Of a stretch of 64,000 bases of DNA, positions 19,201-28,074 are shown one piece after another. Under the pieces are notes generated by a model. The model was not told the DNA's origin. It ran no database searches and worked only from the letters and a program-made list of their open reading frames with translations. The stretch lies in the IMG/VR virus record IMGVR_UViG_3300047469_000103, positions 1 to 64,000 of that record; one strand, written 5' to 3'. Position 1 is the first letter of the stretch. Each line of letters opens with the position of its first letter. The DNA is from a virus (lineage: Duplodnaviria > Caudoviricetes). A program made the position numbers and the translations under genes.

Positions 19201-20011
19201 CATTTCCCAACGGTTTTCTAAAACCGGTGACTTTTATCTTTTGGTGGATACCGATTTACGTGGCGGTTTCCGTATCGTTAACAGCATTGCAGAGCGGGAC
19301 GCAATCCCGATTCAAGCACGTAAACAAGGCATGATTGTTCGGGTTATTGAATCCGGCGAAATCACCAACTGGGAATTGGGTTATGGTCTGCCAATTACCA
19401 ACGCCGGATGGATCGAAAGTTCCCTCGGTGGTAAAGGCGATTACATTCCCACAACTGGCGGGCCGTTGACCGGCGAACTGAATATTAGTGAACTCGGTTT
19501 TATCAACTTCAGCGATGCAATTTCCGCGCAGGTATTTGACGGCAATTTGCAGTTCACAAAAACCATTGTACAAGACCCGGACGATCCCGAACCGATGGGC
19601 ATGATGACCTTCAACGATGGTACAGAAAACACCGTTGAAATTAATCCGCAAATTGGTCAAATCGTTTGCAAAACTGAGGTGGCGATCGCATCCGACCGTT
19701 CGTTGAAAACCAACATCAAACGAATCGAAAACAGTTTGGCAATTACCCGTCGTATGTACGGCTACATGTACGAATTGATTTCGCAACCGGGCGTGATGCA
19801 CACCGGCCTGATTGCACAAGAAGTTAAACAGGCAATTCCAGCCGCGACCGTGCGTATGTCGAATGGCAAACTCGCAGTCGTTTATGGCAACCTGATGGGC
19901 CTTGCATTCGAAAACATTCACGACTTGGAAGACATGTGCTTGTCCATGCTGAAACGTCTGGATGCAATCGAAAAACATTTGGGTATTAATCAACCCGAAG
20001 AAGCCGCGTAA
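19190..20011 (+). CDS. Tail fibre protein with C-terminal intramolecular chaperone (peptidase S74-like)
   Basis: SDRSLKTNI...GYMY...GLIAQEV...P...V.Y..L..LAFE.I; GTG start at 19190 after GGAGG. Confidence 0.85.
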   Translation: MATNISQRFSKTGDFYLLVDTDLRGGFRIVNSIAERDAIPIQARKQGMIVRVIESGEITNWELGYGLPITNAGWIESSLGGKGDYIPTTGGPLTGELNISELGFINFSDAISAQVFDGNLQFTKTIVQDPDDPEPMGMMTFNDGTENTVEINPQIGQIVCKTEVAIASDRSLKTNIKRIENSLAITRRMYGYMYELISQPGVMHTGLIAQEVKQAIPAATVRMSNGKLAVVYGNLMGLAFENIHDLEDMCLSMLKRLDAIEKHLGINQPEEAA

Positions 20012-20466
20012 TGGGCTGCACTTACGACCAATCAAATGTCTTTAGCGTGGTGCCCACAAAAGATCAAAACACGGGCAAGCTTCCATCGACTCCACGCACC
20101 GAAATTTTACGCCTTGGGCATTCGGATTGTCAGACCAGTTATACATCGCTGGCCCAACAAATCAGTCAGGATATTTTGCAAGCATTTGAACGTGAGAAAA
20201 CAGGCTTTCCAATGCCGACGTTTATTGTGCTTGCGCATAAGTGGGAATGGCTACATCCAGACCTTGCACTATCGCAATACATTGAAAAGTATGTGGAAAT
20301 TCGCGACATTTCATTGGGCTATCCGCTGTCGAGTAATTACTACCTGTACCTTACCGACCCGGCAGCGTTTGGTTTCCCGATTGGCGTCACTGATTCGGAC
20401 GTACTGAATAGCCCGCTCAGAAATGCTGTGCGAATTACCTACATCGACAAACAGGAATTTGAATAA
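20011..20466 (+). CDS. Hypothetical protein
   Basis: 151 aa coupled ORF. Confidence 0.7.
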   Translation: MGCTYDQSNVFSVVPTKDQNTGKLPSTPRTEILRLGHSDCQTSYTSLAQQISQDILQAFEREKTGFPMPTFIVLAHKWEWLHPDLALSQYIEKYVEIRDISLGYPLSSNYYLYLTDPAAFGFPIGVTDSDVLNSPLRNAVRITYIDKQEFE

Positions 20467-21789
20467 ATGGCAACGTACCGTTATATCAACGAGGCAGATT
20501 TACTTTACGAAGACGTAAACGACGAATACGATATGCAGCTTGTAATGGGCGATCAATTCGACATGTACCGGCACGGCCAGTTCTACGTTGTGCATCATGA
20601 AGACGATCCGAATATCGCATTTAAACTCACGCTGAAACAGGGCAAAGCTCTGGAAGGAATGAGTGAAGAATTGCTGACTGTGCGACCGGACGTAAACAAT
20701 CCGCCGTACCTGCTTTTCGAACCGAAATTCGAAAACGTTAAACCGATGTACGACTACTACAACAAGCTGTATTTCAACGGCGCTTGCCCGGTCGTGAAAT
20801 TCAAGAAATCCGCCAACAGTAAAATTTGGGGGATGGCACAGCTTGAGTGGCTGAATAACAAACCGGTTTATACGTTCCACATTAACGAATCGACCATGAT
20901 TGACCGGGTGCTGTTTACTAACACCATCCTGCACGAAATGATTCACCTGTTCCAATACGCGAAAGGCAACAAGCTGCGCGGCCTCGATCCTGAAGCAGCA
21001 ATGGCGGCGATGCACGATAACCACGGCCCGCAATTCCAAGCGGAAATGCACCGGATTAACTCGTTTGGTTTCGGCATCATCATGGCCGGTACGCACGAAG
21101 AAATCGCACGTGAATCCACCGAAGATTTTTATGCAATCGTAGCAATTGGTTTGCATCAAAATAAATACAACGGTTGGCTGTCGTGGTACACGCATAAAGT
21201 CCTCGACCAAAGCGATTTGGAAAACGTGGCAGCGCAATTGCGTGAATCCACTCCGCACTTGGAATATCAGGTTAAGTTGTACAAGACGAAAAACCGAATC
21301 GTCACGTATGGCACCAACATGAAATCCACCAAAACCGTTACACCGGGATCGTTGAAGAAACTCAATCAGGGTACGCCTGATATGAAAGATTCGACAGAAC
21401 TCGGCGTGCTGTATTTGAAGCCGGTTATTGCCGTGGAATTGCCCGATTACAAAGAAGCGCCTGAGAAATACTCGCAGCCTTTGGATCGTTTTTACAAGAC
21501 CATGAAAAGCTACACTGACGATCACATAACGCTGAAAGCCAAGTGGGTTAAATTCCCGCTGCGTGCCCACAACAGCCAGACGGAAAAGAAAATCAGTGCA
21601 TTGGTTGGCCGCATGAAACGCGACAGTATTAACGATGCGGATATCGTGGATATTGTCACCGACATTCGCATGTCTTACGCCGACCGTTTCAAGTTCGAAC
21701 AATACGAAGACGCCATGCGTACATTCTTGAACCTGTACGATAAATCAGGCGTCACCGTGCCCTATTACAAAATCATGAAGCTGGACTAA
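20467..21789 (+). CDS. SprT-like zinc metalloprotease
   Basis: YYNKLYFNG, TILHEMIH (HExxH), HGPQF...M..IN. Confidence 0.85.
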   Translation: MATYRYINEADLLYEDVNDEYDMQLVMGDQFDMYRHGQFYVVHHEDDPNIAFKLTLKQGKALEGMSEELLTVRPDVNNPPYLLFEPKFENVKPMYDYYNKLYFNGACPVVKFKKSANSKIWGMAQLEWLNNKPVYTFHINESTMIDRVLFTNTILHEMIHLFQYAKGNKLRGLDPEAAMAAMHDNHGPQFQAEMHRINSFGFGIIMAGTHEEIARESTEDFYAIVAIGLHQNKYNGWLSWYTHKVLDQSDLENVAAQLRESTPHLEYQVKLYKTKNRIVTYGTNMKSTKTVTPGSLKKLNQGTPDMKDSTELGVLYLKPVIAVELPDYKEAPEKYSQPLDRFYKTMKSYTDDHITLKAKWVKFPLRAHNSQTEKKISALVGRMKRDSINDADIVDIVTDIRMSYADRFKFEQYEDAMRTFLNLYDKSGVTVPYYKIMKLD

Positions 21790-22287
21790 ATGGCAACTAA
21801 AGCGAAGGCATTAACAAGACGTGAAATCACGGAAAAACTTCACGAAGCTGTGATGTATTATTACGTGAAGAAAACGTACAGCGTTCACAGGGAAGTGGGC
21901 GTCGAGCGCTGGGGTAAGGCTCGTATTGACATGATGGCGCTGAGCCTGTCTTCGCAGATAATTGGTATCGAAGTTAAAAGCTGTTTGGCTGATTTCCGCG
22001 CCGATTCTAAATGGCGTAAATATCTGAGTCATTCGAACAAGTTTTATTTCATGTTCGCACCTTCCATCCTGAAGTCCCGCAAGTACGATGAAATCAAAGC
22101 GGAATTAAAGGAGGAAGGCGTGGGCATTCTGACACTGACAACCACGGGCCGGGTGCGCTGTGCGTTACGTGCGAAATCGCGTGAAGTGTCGGATACCAAA
22201 AAGTTTGACCTGTATAAGAAACTCGCTTGGCGTGGTGGTGACTCCAAGCGCAATATCAAAAAGACAAAGCGGGTATATTTGGAATGA
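21790..22287 (+). CDS. MmcB-like PD-(D/E)xK nuclease
   Basis: RIDMMAL...IEVKSCLADFRADSKWRKYLSHSNKFYF. Confidence 0.85.
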   Translation: MATKAKALTRREITEKLHEAVMYYYVKKTYSVHREVGVERWGKARIDMMALSLSSQIIGIEVKSCLADFRADSKWRKYLSHSNKFYFMFAPSILKSRKYDEIKAELKEEGVGILTLTTTGRVRCALRAKSREVSDTKKFDLYKKLAWRGGDSKRNIKKTKRVYLE

Positions 22288-22910
22288 CGGGGAAATTCAT
22301 TGTTCTTGAAAGTATCGAATGCGCCGGGAAGGGCACCGCTACAGATTACATGAAAGAGCATTTCACTCTAGCAAATGCAAAGGTGAAATACACACGGGAA
22401 ATCGGCGGTACGCCTTTCGCTGAGCGCATTCGCGAAATGATGCTGTCGTTAGACCCTGAATATGATTTGCCGCCAGCGTCGGATTTAATGATCGCGTATG
22501 GCGCACGAATTCAACACACAAAAAGCATGATTGTTCCGGCACTGGAAAGCGGCTACCACGTTTTCAGTGAACGCTACTACGCATCGACCTTGGCTTATCA
22601 AAGTCAGTACACGCCAGAAACTCAAGCGGTACACGATTTGATGATGCCGTATCTGCGCAAACCGAATATCACTCTGCTGTTGGATATCACGACAGAGACG
22701 ATGATGAAACGGATGTACGGAATTCGAAAAGCTTCTGGTATTGCACTCGACAAATTCGAAGTGAAATCTCAGGACTTTTTCGAAGGTGTGCGGAATGCCT
22801 ACCACAAACAAATTGACGATTCATGGGTAATCATTGACGCGGAGCGCAGCATTCCCGAAGTCAAAGAACAACTGTGTGCCGTCCTCAATAAATTTCTTGG
22901 GATTCCGTAA
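22284..22910 (+). CDS. tmk: Thymidylate kinase
   Basis: FIVLESIECAGKGT P-loop, TREIGGT, SERY..ST.AYQ, P..T.LLDI. Confidence 0.92.
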   Translation: MTGKFIVLESIECAGKGTATDYMKEHFTLANAKVKYTREIGGTPFAERIREMMLSLDPEYDLPPASDLMIAYGARIQHTKSMIVPALESGYHVFSERYYASTLAYQSQYTPETQAVHDLMMPYLRKPNITLLLDITTETMMKRMYGIRKASGIALDKFEVKSQDFFEGVRNAYHKQIDDSWVIIDAERSIPEVKEQLCAVLNKFLGIP

Positions 22911-23341
22911 TGAAAATCCAGATAGCCATTGCGAGCGCAGCACCGAAAAAGTTTGTACCGGCTGGCACGATTGTACGCCTGACAAAGAACCGCCCAACAT
23001 GGCGTGACCTTGGCCCGCGCCTGCTGAAAATTCCGATGCTGCAACGCGGTCATTTCGTTAGTGATTTGCCGGAAAACGATGATGGAATTATCGCCTACGC
23101 GCAGACCAATGCAATGACGCTGTTCTATGGCTATCGCATTCGTCTTGATGGCGAAAAAGATTTCATCGACAACCTGTTGATGTGCGTAGACGATAAAGGC
23201 CGCGTGGTAGAAGACGAAAAATATCGCCTGAATCATACGGCCTATTACGTCGGTGTGAAACTGCCAGACGCAGACATTAAATCACGGAAATATGCGAACA
23301 ACTTTGAACGCATGGATTACGTGTTACGGAATTTGGGGTGA
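22910..23341 (+). CDS. Hypothetical protein with MKIQIAIAS leader
   Basis: Coupled ORF; shared N-terminal leader. Confidence 0.7.
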   Translation: MKIQIAIASAAPKKFVPAGTIVRLTKNRPTWRDLGPRLLKIPMLQRGHFVSDLPENDDGIIAYAQTNAMTLFYGYRIRLDGEKDFIDNLLMCVDDKGRVVEDEKYRLNHTAYYVGVKLPDADIKSRKYANNFERMDYVLRNLG

Positions 23342-25017
23342 GTATGGAAATCAGTATTGCAGCCGCACCGGGGAGCGCTGACGCTCTGTTGAAACTTCTG
23401 ATCGCAATGTATCGCGCAGAGGATTTTAACTACGGTGAAAACTTCCTGAAGAAATTGCGTGCGTGGGAACCCGTCGCGCAACCGATGCTGGAACAGTTCG
23501 GCATTAAACGCGCATTCGCCCGTCCTATCGCCCTGCTGTTGGAAGGCGAAGACGTAAGCGATAACAAATACAATCACCTTGTCAAAGCGGCATTCGACAA
23601 GCTGAAAGAAAAGAAGAAAACATTCGAAAAAGATACCACGCTGAATAAAGTTCAACTCGGTATGTTCAACGATATTCGTCTGGCCTACAACGGATCGGAA
23701 AGCGCGGGCAAACGCCTGATGCAACACGCCGGTTACTTCAAAGACTCGCATATCTCGCAATTGTTTTTGCACGAAGGCGACGAAGTTGTAAGCGAAGTGC
23801 AGCAAGCGCTTTATGATCGACTGGGTGAACACGTTAAAACGCACGGCAAAGTAAAAGGCCACGTAATGCCTGACACTACGCTGACTGCGTGGCGTGACAA
23901 AGCAAAAGAAATCGGTTCGAATTTGCCGCAGCATCAAGAATATCTGGATATGCGCCGCCAACGGAAAGCCATTTACGACAAGGCAATTGCCAACATCGTT
24001 CGGGCGTCCGGCGAACACATTCTCGACGTGCAAGAAATCAAGCGTCAACTCGGTGATATTCAAAACGATATTCCAGATTGGTTTGTCGGCAAAATGGATG
24101 ACAAAGGGAACTTCTACACTGAAGCCGGTTTGCAGTTGCTGAATAAGCCGCTCGGTGAAGGCATGATGAACCCGAAATATAATCCTGCCGATGACAATTC
24201 CTACGTGTGTAAATACAAAGCACCGTTCGCGCAGAACTTCACCAGTGTGCAGACGATTGCCAACCGCACAGAAGGCCGCGTAGAAAGTTTTAGCATCATT
24301 CAAAACATGCTGCCGGACATTCAGAAATATGTGAAGAAATGGCTTCCTGATTTGGCGAAGGGGCCGGGTAGTTTGAAGGGCGCAGCCGCTGCTGTTTGCG
24401 AAGTGATTTATCAGACTTCCGCACGTATCGGTTCCACTCGGGCAAACACCGCTGGCGAAACCACTTACGGCATTTCTACACTGCTGCGCAAACACCTGAA
24501 TTTCAATGAACAACGCGTCATTATGAAATACATCGGGAAGAAAGGCGGCGCACAAAAGCACGTGATTAAATTCGAAGACCAGCGGACGATGATGCTGCAC
24601 TCTGCACTGGACGAATTCATTTACGAGAAAAAGCCAGCGGAATACGTGTTTACTTTCCGTGGTAAGCCATTGAGCAACAGCAATATCAACGGCTACCTGC
24701 GTGAACTCGGTTTCCCTGAAGGTTTCACCATTCACAAATTCCGCAAATTGCGCGGTACTGGAATGGCTAAGCTGCTGATGGACAAATGCCCTCACGGCCC
24801 GCGTGCAAAAGACGCAGTTGTTAACAAATGGATTGAAGACCAGTGCTTGAAAATCGGTAAAGAATTGGGCCACATGTCAGGCGAGAAAGTGACCGCAACC
24901 ACGGCCATCGCGAACTACATCGACCCATCGGTTTTCGCACCAGTTTTCGAGAAAACAAATACCCGTCCAAATAGCAAAATTCAGAAAGCTATGGACTTAG
25001 CTACGAAGGCGGAATAA
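23338..25017 (+). CDS. DNA topoisomerase IB (bacterial/poxvirus type)
   Basis: Catalytic pentad: SARIG (R), TYGISTLLRKH, YIGKKG (K), HKFRK (R), ELGH (H), ANYIDP (Y, nt 24916). Confidence 0.88.
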   Translation: MSMEISIAAAPGSADALLKLLIAMYRAEDFNYGENFLKKLRAWEPVAQPMLEQFGIKRAFARPIALLLEGEDVSDNKYNHLVKAAFDKLKEKKKTFEKDTTLNKVQLGMFNDIRLAYNGSESAGKRLMQHAGYFKDSHISQLFLHEGDEVVSEVQQALYDRLGEHVKTHGKVKGHVMPDTTLTAWRDKAKEIGSNLPQHQEYLDMRRQRKAIYDKAIANIVRASGEHILDVQEIKRQLGDIQNDIPDWFVGKMDDKGNFYTEAGLQLLNKPLGEGMMNPKYNPADDNSYVCKYKAPFAQNFTSVQTIANRTEGRVESFSIIQNMLPDIQKYVKKWLPDLAKGPGSLKGAAAAVCEVIYQTSARIGSTRANTAGETTYGISTLLRKHLNFNEQRVIMKYIGKKGGAQKHVIKFEDQRTMMLHSALDEFIYEKKPAEYVFTFRGKPLSNSNINGYLRELGFPEGFTIHKFRKLRGTGMAKLLMDKCPHGPRAKDAVVNKWIEDQCLKIGKELGHMSGEKVTATTAIANYIDPSVFAPVFEKTNTRPNSKIQKAMDLATKAE

Positions 25018-25020
25018 AAC

Positions 25021-25602
25021 ATGAAAGTAATGATTGCAGTTGCTTCGGAATATGTAGACGCACTTCCGAAGGGCGCCAAGATTAACAGCTTTGAAGTGTA
25101 CCGTTCCGGCACCAACAAAATGCTGGGCAAAGATAAAGCGGGCACGATGAAACAGATTGCAAAACGTCTGGATTACATACTGCCGGTTAACACGACTTTT
25201 GATTTGGTTGTGATTGCAGACCATGACGGCGCAACTCGCAAAGTCAAAGAATCCTACACGCTGAAATCTACCGGACTGGTTAAAGCACAAGTGGCAACAG
25301 CCGCCGCCAAACCTGCAAAGGTTAGCGCCAAAGTTGCACAGGTTATTACCTACGCAAAAAGCCAATATCCAATGAGTGGGCGCACGCCGACTTCGCTTTC
25401 GTTCACCAGTAAACAACGCGGTTTTATGGTCGAAGTTACCGACGCTGAAATCGTTGGTCGCGCATGGTACGAAGGCAACGACGACGCAATTAATCCCGAA
25501 TACAATATCAACGCCCCGACCGAACAAGGCTCGCTTGTGAAGCTTGCCAAATGGGTGAAATCCAGCAAGTCGGAAGCACCGCCATTCTCGGGGGCAAAAT
25601 GA
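25021..25602 (+). CDS. Hypothetical protein with MKVMIAVAS leader
   Basis: 193 aa ORF; shared leader. Confidence 0.7.
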   Translation: MKVMIAVASEYVDALPKGAKINSFEVYRSGTNKMLGKDKAGTMKQIAKRLDYILPVNTTFDLVVIADHDGATRKVKESYTLKSTGLVKAQVATAAAKPAKVSAKVAQVITYAKSQYPMSGRTPTSLSFTSKQRGFMVEVTDAEIVGRAWYEGNDDAINPEYNINAPTEQGSLVKLAKWVKSSKSEAPPFSGAK

Positions 25603-25775
25603 TTAAAGTATTCAACGTATCAGCGCTACACGAACGCTACGCCAACGAAACCGACGAAGAAAAAACCGCTCGTTATGCTGCGAATAAAAAGCGCATTACC
25701 GACATGGTTGAAGCGTGGGACAAGTTCGCGAAAGAGCATCCAGAAGCCGCTAAACAAATGAGGTGCGCAGCATAA
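25599..25775 (+). CDS. Small hypothetical protein
   Basis: Start re-assigned to ATG 25599 overlapping upstream stop. Confidence 0.55.
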   Translation: MIKVFNVSALHERYANETDEEKTARYAANKKRITDMVEAWDKFAKEHPEAAKQMRCAA

Positions 25776-26233
25776 TGGAAATCAAATTGATGACCGCAAC
25801 CGCCGCTGATTATCCAAGTCGTTACGCCCTCGGTTCGCTGGTGTATTTCCATCCCGGCATTCAGGGCATGACCGATGCTGAAGGTATCACGCACGGTTTG
25901 CTGGCGCGTATTGATCGCGTAAGTTTCGAGGAAGGTAAAGTAACCTACGACCTCGCAATGAACATTTCGAACAGCACAGAACTTCCACATTTTTACGACG
26001 CAATTCTGGTCGCAAGTGTGGACAGTATTTTCGTGGCTTCTTTTGACGATCTGGTTATGTGGACTGCGCAGCGTGCAAAAAGCGTAGAAGCATTAATCGG
26101 TGCAATTGAAGAACCGCAACTCGTAACGATGGCTACGGCATCCGGTGCGCTGACAATTGACGACGCCGAACGCATTACCCGTCGTTTTATCGCAATCGCC
26201 GCAGACGTGGCCGAACAGAAGGCAGCCGCGTAA
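25775..26233 (+). CDS. Hypothetical protein with MEIKLMTATA leader
   Basis: Start re-assigned to ATG 25775 (TAATG coupling). Confidence 0.7.
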   Translation: MEIKLMTATAADYPSRYALGSLVYFHPGIQGMTDAEGITHGLLARIDRVSFEEGKVTYDLAMNISNSTELPHFYDAILVASVDSIFVASFDDLVMWTAQRAKSVEALIGAIEEPQLVTMATASGALTIDDAERITRRFIAIAADVAEQKAAA

Positions 26234-27147
26234 TGGAACTGCAATTAGCCGTAGCAAAAGATTTCGGTAGTGTTTTTCACGGTACATCGTTTATCAACAT
26301 GGCCGCGATTATCAAGACCGACAAACTGCAACTGTCGCAAGTCGCCGGTAAAGAAGCAGAAGCCGCATTCGCAAAACATCCGTTCTTTTTGAGCGTGCGC
26401 CGTAACCGTGTGTTGACTGCGCAAAACTTCTACGACGTGACAATCGAATTCAAAGAACAATCCCTGCAATCGCGGATGAAACGTGAGTCAGTGGATTACT
26501 GGGGCCACGTCGAAGGCAAGGGTAACAGCATCGAACAGGAAGACCGCTATTACAGCGCTAAACCTGTGCTGCAAAAAGCCACAAAATTGATTCGTGCAAT
26601 TCACGTTGACCTGTCGAACTATGACGCCGAACGTCGCGGCAAAATGATGCGTGAAATGTTCGTGTCGGCAATGCGCCAAGGTGTGAAGGTTTATCTGTAC
26701 AAAGATAAGTCGGCATACGGCAATTTGAACGTGCGTAAAACCGTGCCGCTTTCTGATATGGAATACGGCGGTAAAGTGCAGAATCTTTTCCGCACGCGCA
26801 CCGCTGAAGAAGCCACGCAAGAAGGCGAAGACCAGATGTACAAGGGCATGCGTTATGCTCGCTCGGTTTACCCGGACATTAAATTCTTTGTCGATATTCT
26901 GTACGGCAATACTCCGCCAGTAAACGACAAAACGAAATACCTGCGTGAGCGTTATGGCTACCGCTACGGCGAACACGATTTGACTACGCAATTCCAGAAC
27001 GAATTGCATAACGCCTCGCACAGCCACGGCCCGAAAGATAAACAGTTGGCCGCTCGCCTGCAAACGTGGATGCGTGACAACAAAATGGATATCAAAGAAA
27101 CAGCTTATCGCGTGCGTGAAAACATTCGGAAAGCTGACGGGGAATAA
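26233..27147 (+). CDS. ADP-ribosyltransferase-like protein (paralogue 1)
   Basis: FHGT ... FFLSVRR ... DYW ... EQEDR spaced like ART H/R-S-E motifs. Confidence 0.6.
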   Translation: MELQLAVAKDFGSVFHGTSFINMAAIIKTDKLQLSQVAGKEAEAAFAKHPFFLSVRRNRVLTAQNFYDVTIEFKEQSLQSRMKRESVDYWGHVEGKGNSIEQEDRYYSAKPVLQKATKLIRAIHVDLSNYDAERRGKMMREMFVSAMRQGVKVYLYKDKSAYGNLNVRKTVPLSDMEYGGKVQNLFRTRTAEEATQEGEDQMYKGMRYARSVYPDIKFFVDILYGNTPPVNDKTKYLRERYGYRYGEHDLTTQFQNELHNASHSHGPKDKQLAARLQTWMRDNKMDIKETAYRVRENIRKADGE

Positions 27148-27148
27148 C

Positions 27149-28072
27149 ATGCAAATTCAACTGGCCCTTGCCGGATCGTCGGTTCTGTACCATTTGATCC
27201 CGATGGAATACGCGATCCCTGCACTGCAAAAAGATCGTTTTAAATTGGCTGCTACCAACGAAGGCGTAGAGTCTGAATTCGGTAAGCAGCAGTTCTTTCT
27301 GAGTCTGGCGCGTTCGAAACAAAGCCATTACTTCACGAATGAAATCAACGTGACCAGCGTTGTGTTCGTGTTGGACGGCGTAAAGATGGGCCAGAATTAC
27401 CAGATTAAACCAGTGGATTACTGGGCCAGTCAGCAGCACGTGACCAGCGATGAAATGGAAGACCGTTTGTTTGCCGACAAACTGTATATCCCTTGCGTGA
27501 AATACGTGAAGGAAATCCATTTCATGACTGAGCGCGAAGCCAAATGGAAATCGAACGATAGCCTGACGCTGGCGCTGCTTGCCAAACGGAATGGCATCGA
27601 GCTTTATCAATACGATGACATGAAAGACTTCGCGAAGCTGGATAAGCGCAAGAAAATCAAACTGGAAGTCAGCGATAAAAAGAAACCGAAATTCGGTGCG
27701 AAGAAAGGATTTAATCCCGGCCCCGATGGCGACCTGCAAGCGTGGTACGTTGCATCGCAAATCGTCTTCAAACCAAATGAGGATTTCGGTACGCAATTCG
27801 TTAAAGGCGCAAAGCATAAAGAAGAGCGCAAAGCCCGTGACCGTATTCGTCGGCAGATTAACCAACTGAATCGCACGTGGGAAGTCGGCAGCCAAGCGGT
27901 ACGGGATTTCAATCGTCTGCTAGGTTATGCAAAAGACGGCGAAGACCTTCAATTCCTTGAGAAAATTAAACGTGTAAAACGCAAACAGCGCGTCGATACC
28001 AAAGGCTTTCTGGATTATGTTCGGAAGCGTTGGATGACTGCTGAAGACCGCGTGAATCACGGACTGGAGTAA
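27149..28072 (+). CDS. ADP-ribosyltransferase-like protein (paralogue 2)
   Basis: LYH ... FFLSLAR ... VVFVLDG ... PVDYW ... EMEDR; start re-assigned to ATG 27149. Confidence 0.6.
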   Translation: MQIQLALAGSSVLYHLIPMEYAIPALQKDRFKLAATNEGVESEFGKQQFFLSLARSKQSHYFTNEINVTSVVFVLDGVKMGQNYQIKPVDYWASQQHVTSDEMEDRLFADKLYIPCVKYVKEIHFMTEREAKWKSNDSLTLALLAKRNGIELYQYDDMKDFAKLDKRKKIKLEVSDKKKPKFGAKKGFNPGPDGDLQAWYVASQIVFKPNEDFGTQFVKGAKHKEERKARDRIRRQINQLNRTWEVGSQAVRDFNRLLGYAKDGEDLQFLEKIKRVKRKQRVDTKGFLDYVRKRWMTAEDRVNHGLE

Positions 28073-28074
28073 CC

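Noticed and set aside
23317-24873. Long antisense ORFs (also 15350-16573, 20500-21702, 31853-32974, 33829-35073, 41929-43089)
   Set aside because: They mirror well-supported genes on the other strand, have F/V/H/Q-rich shadow composition and show no motifs or RBS; explained by codon bias
23338-25017. Tyrosine integrase or protelomerase call
   Set aside because: TYGISTL..H, HKFRK and LGH...NYIDP match TopIB better than the integrase HxLRH or protelomerase TGRRxxE patterns
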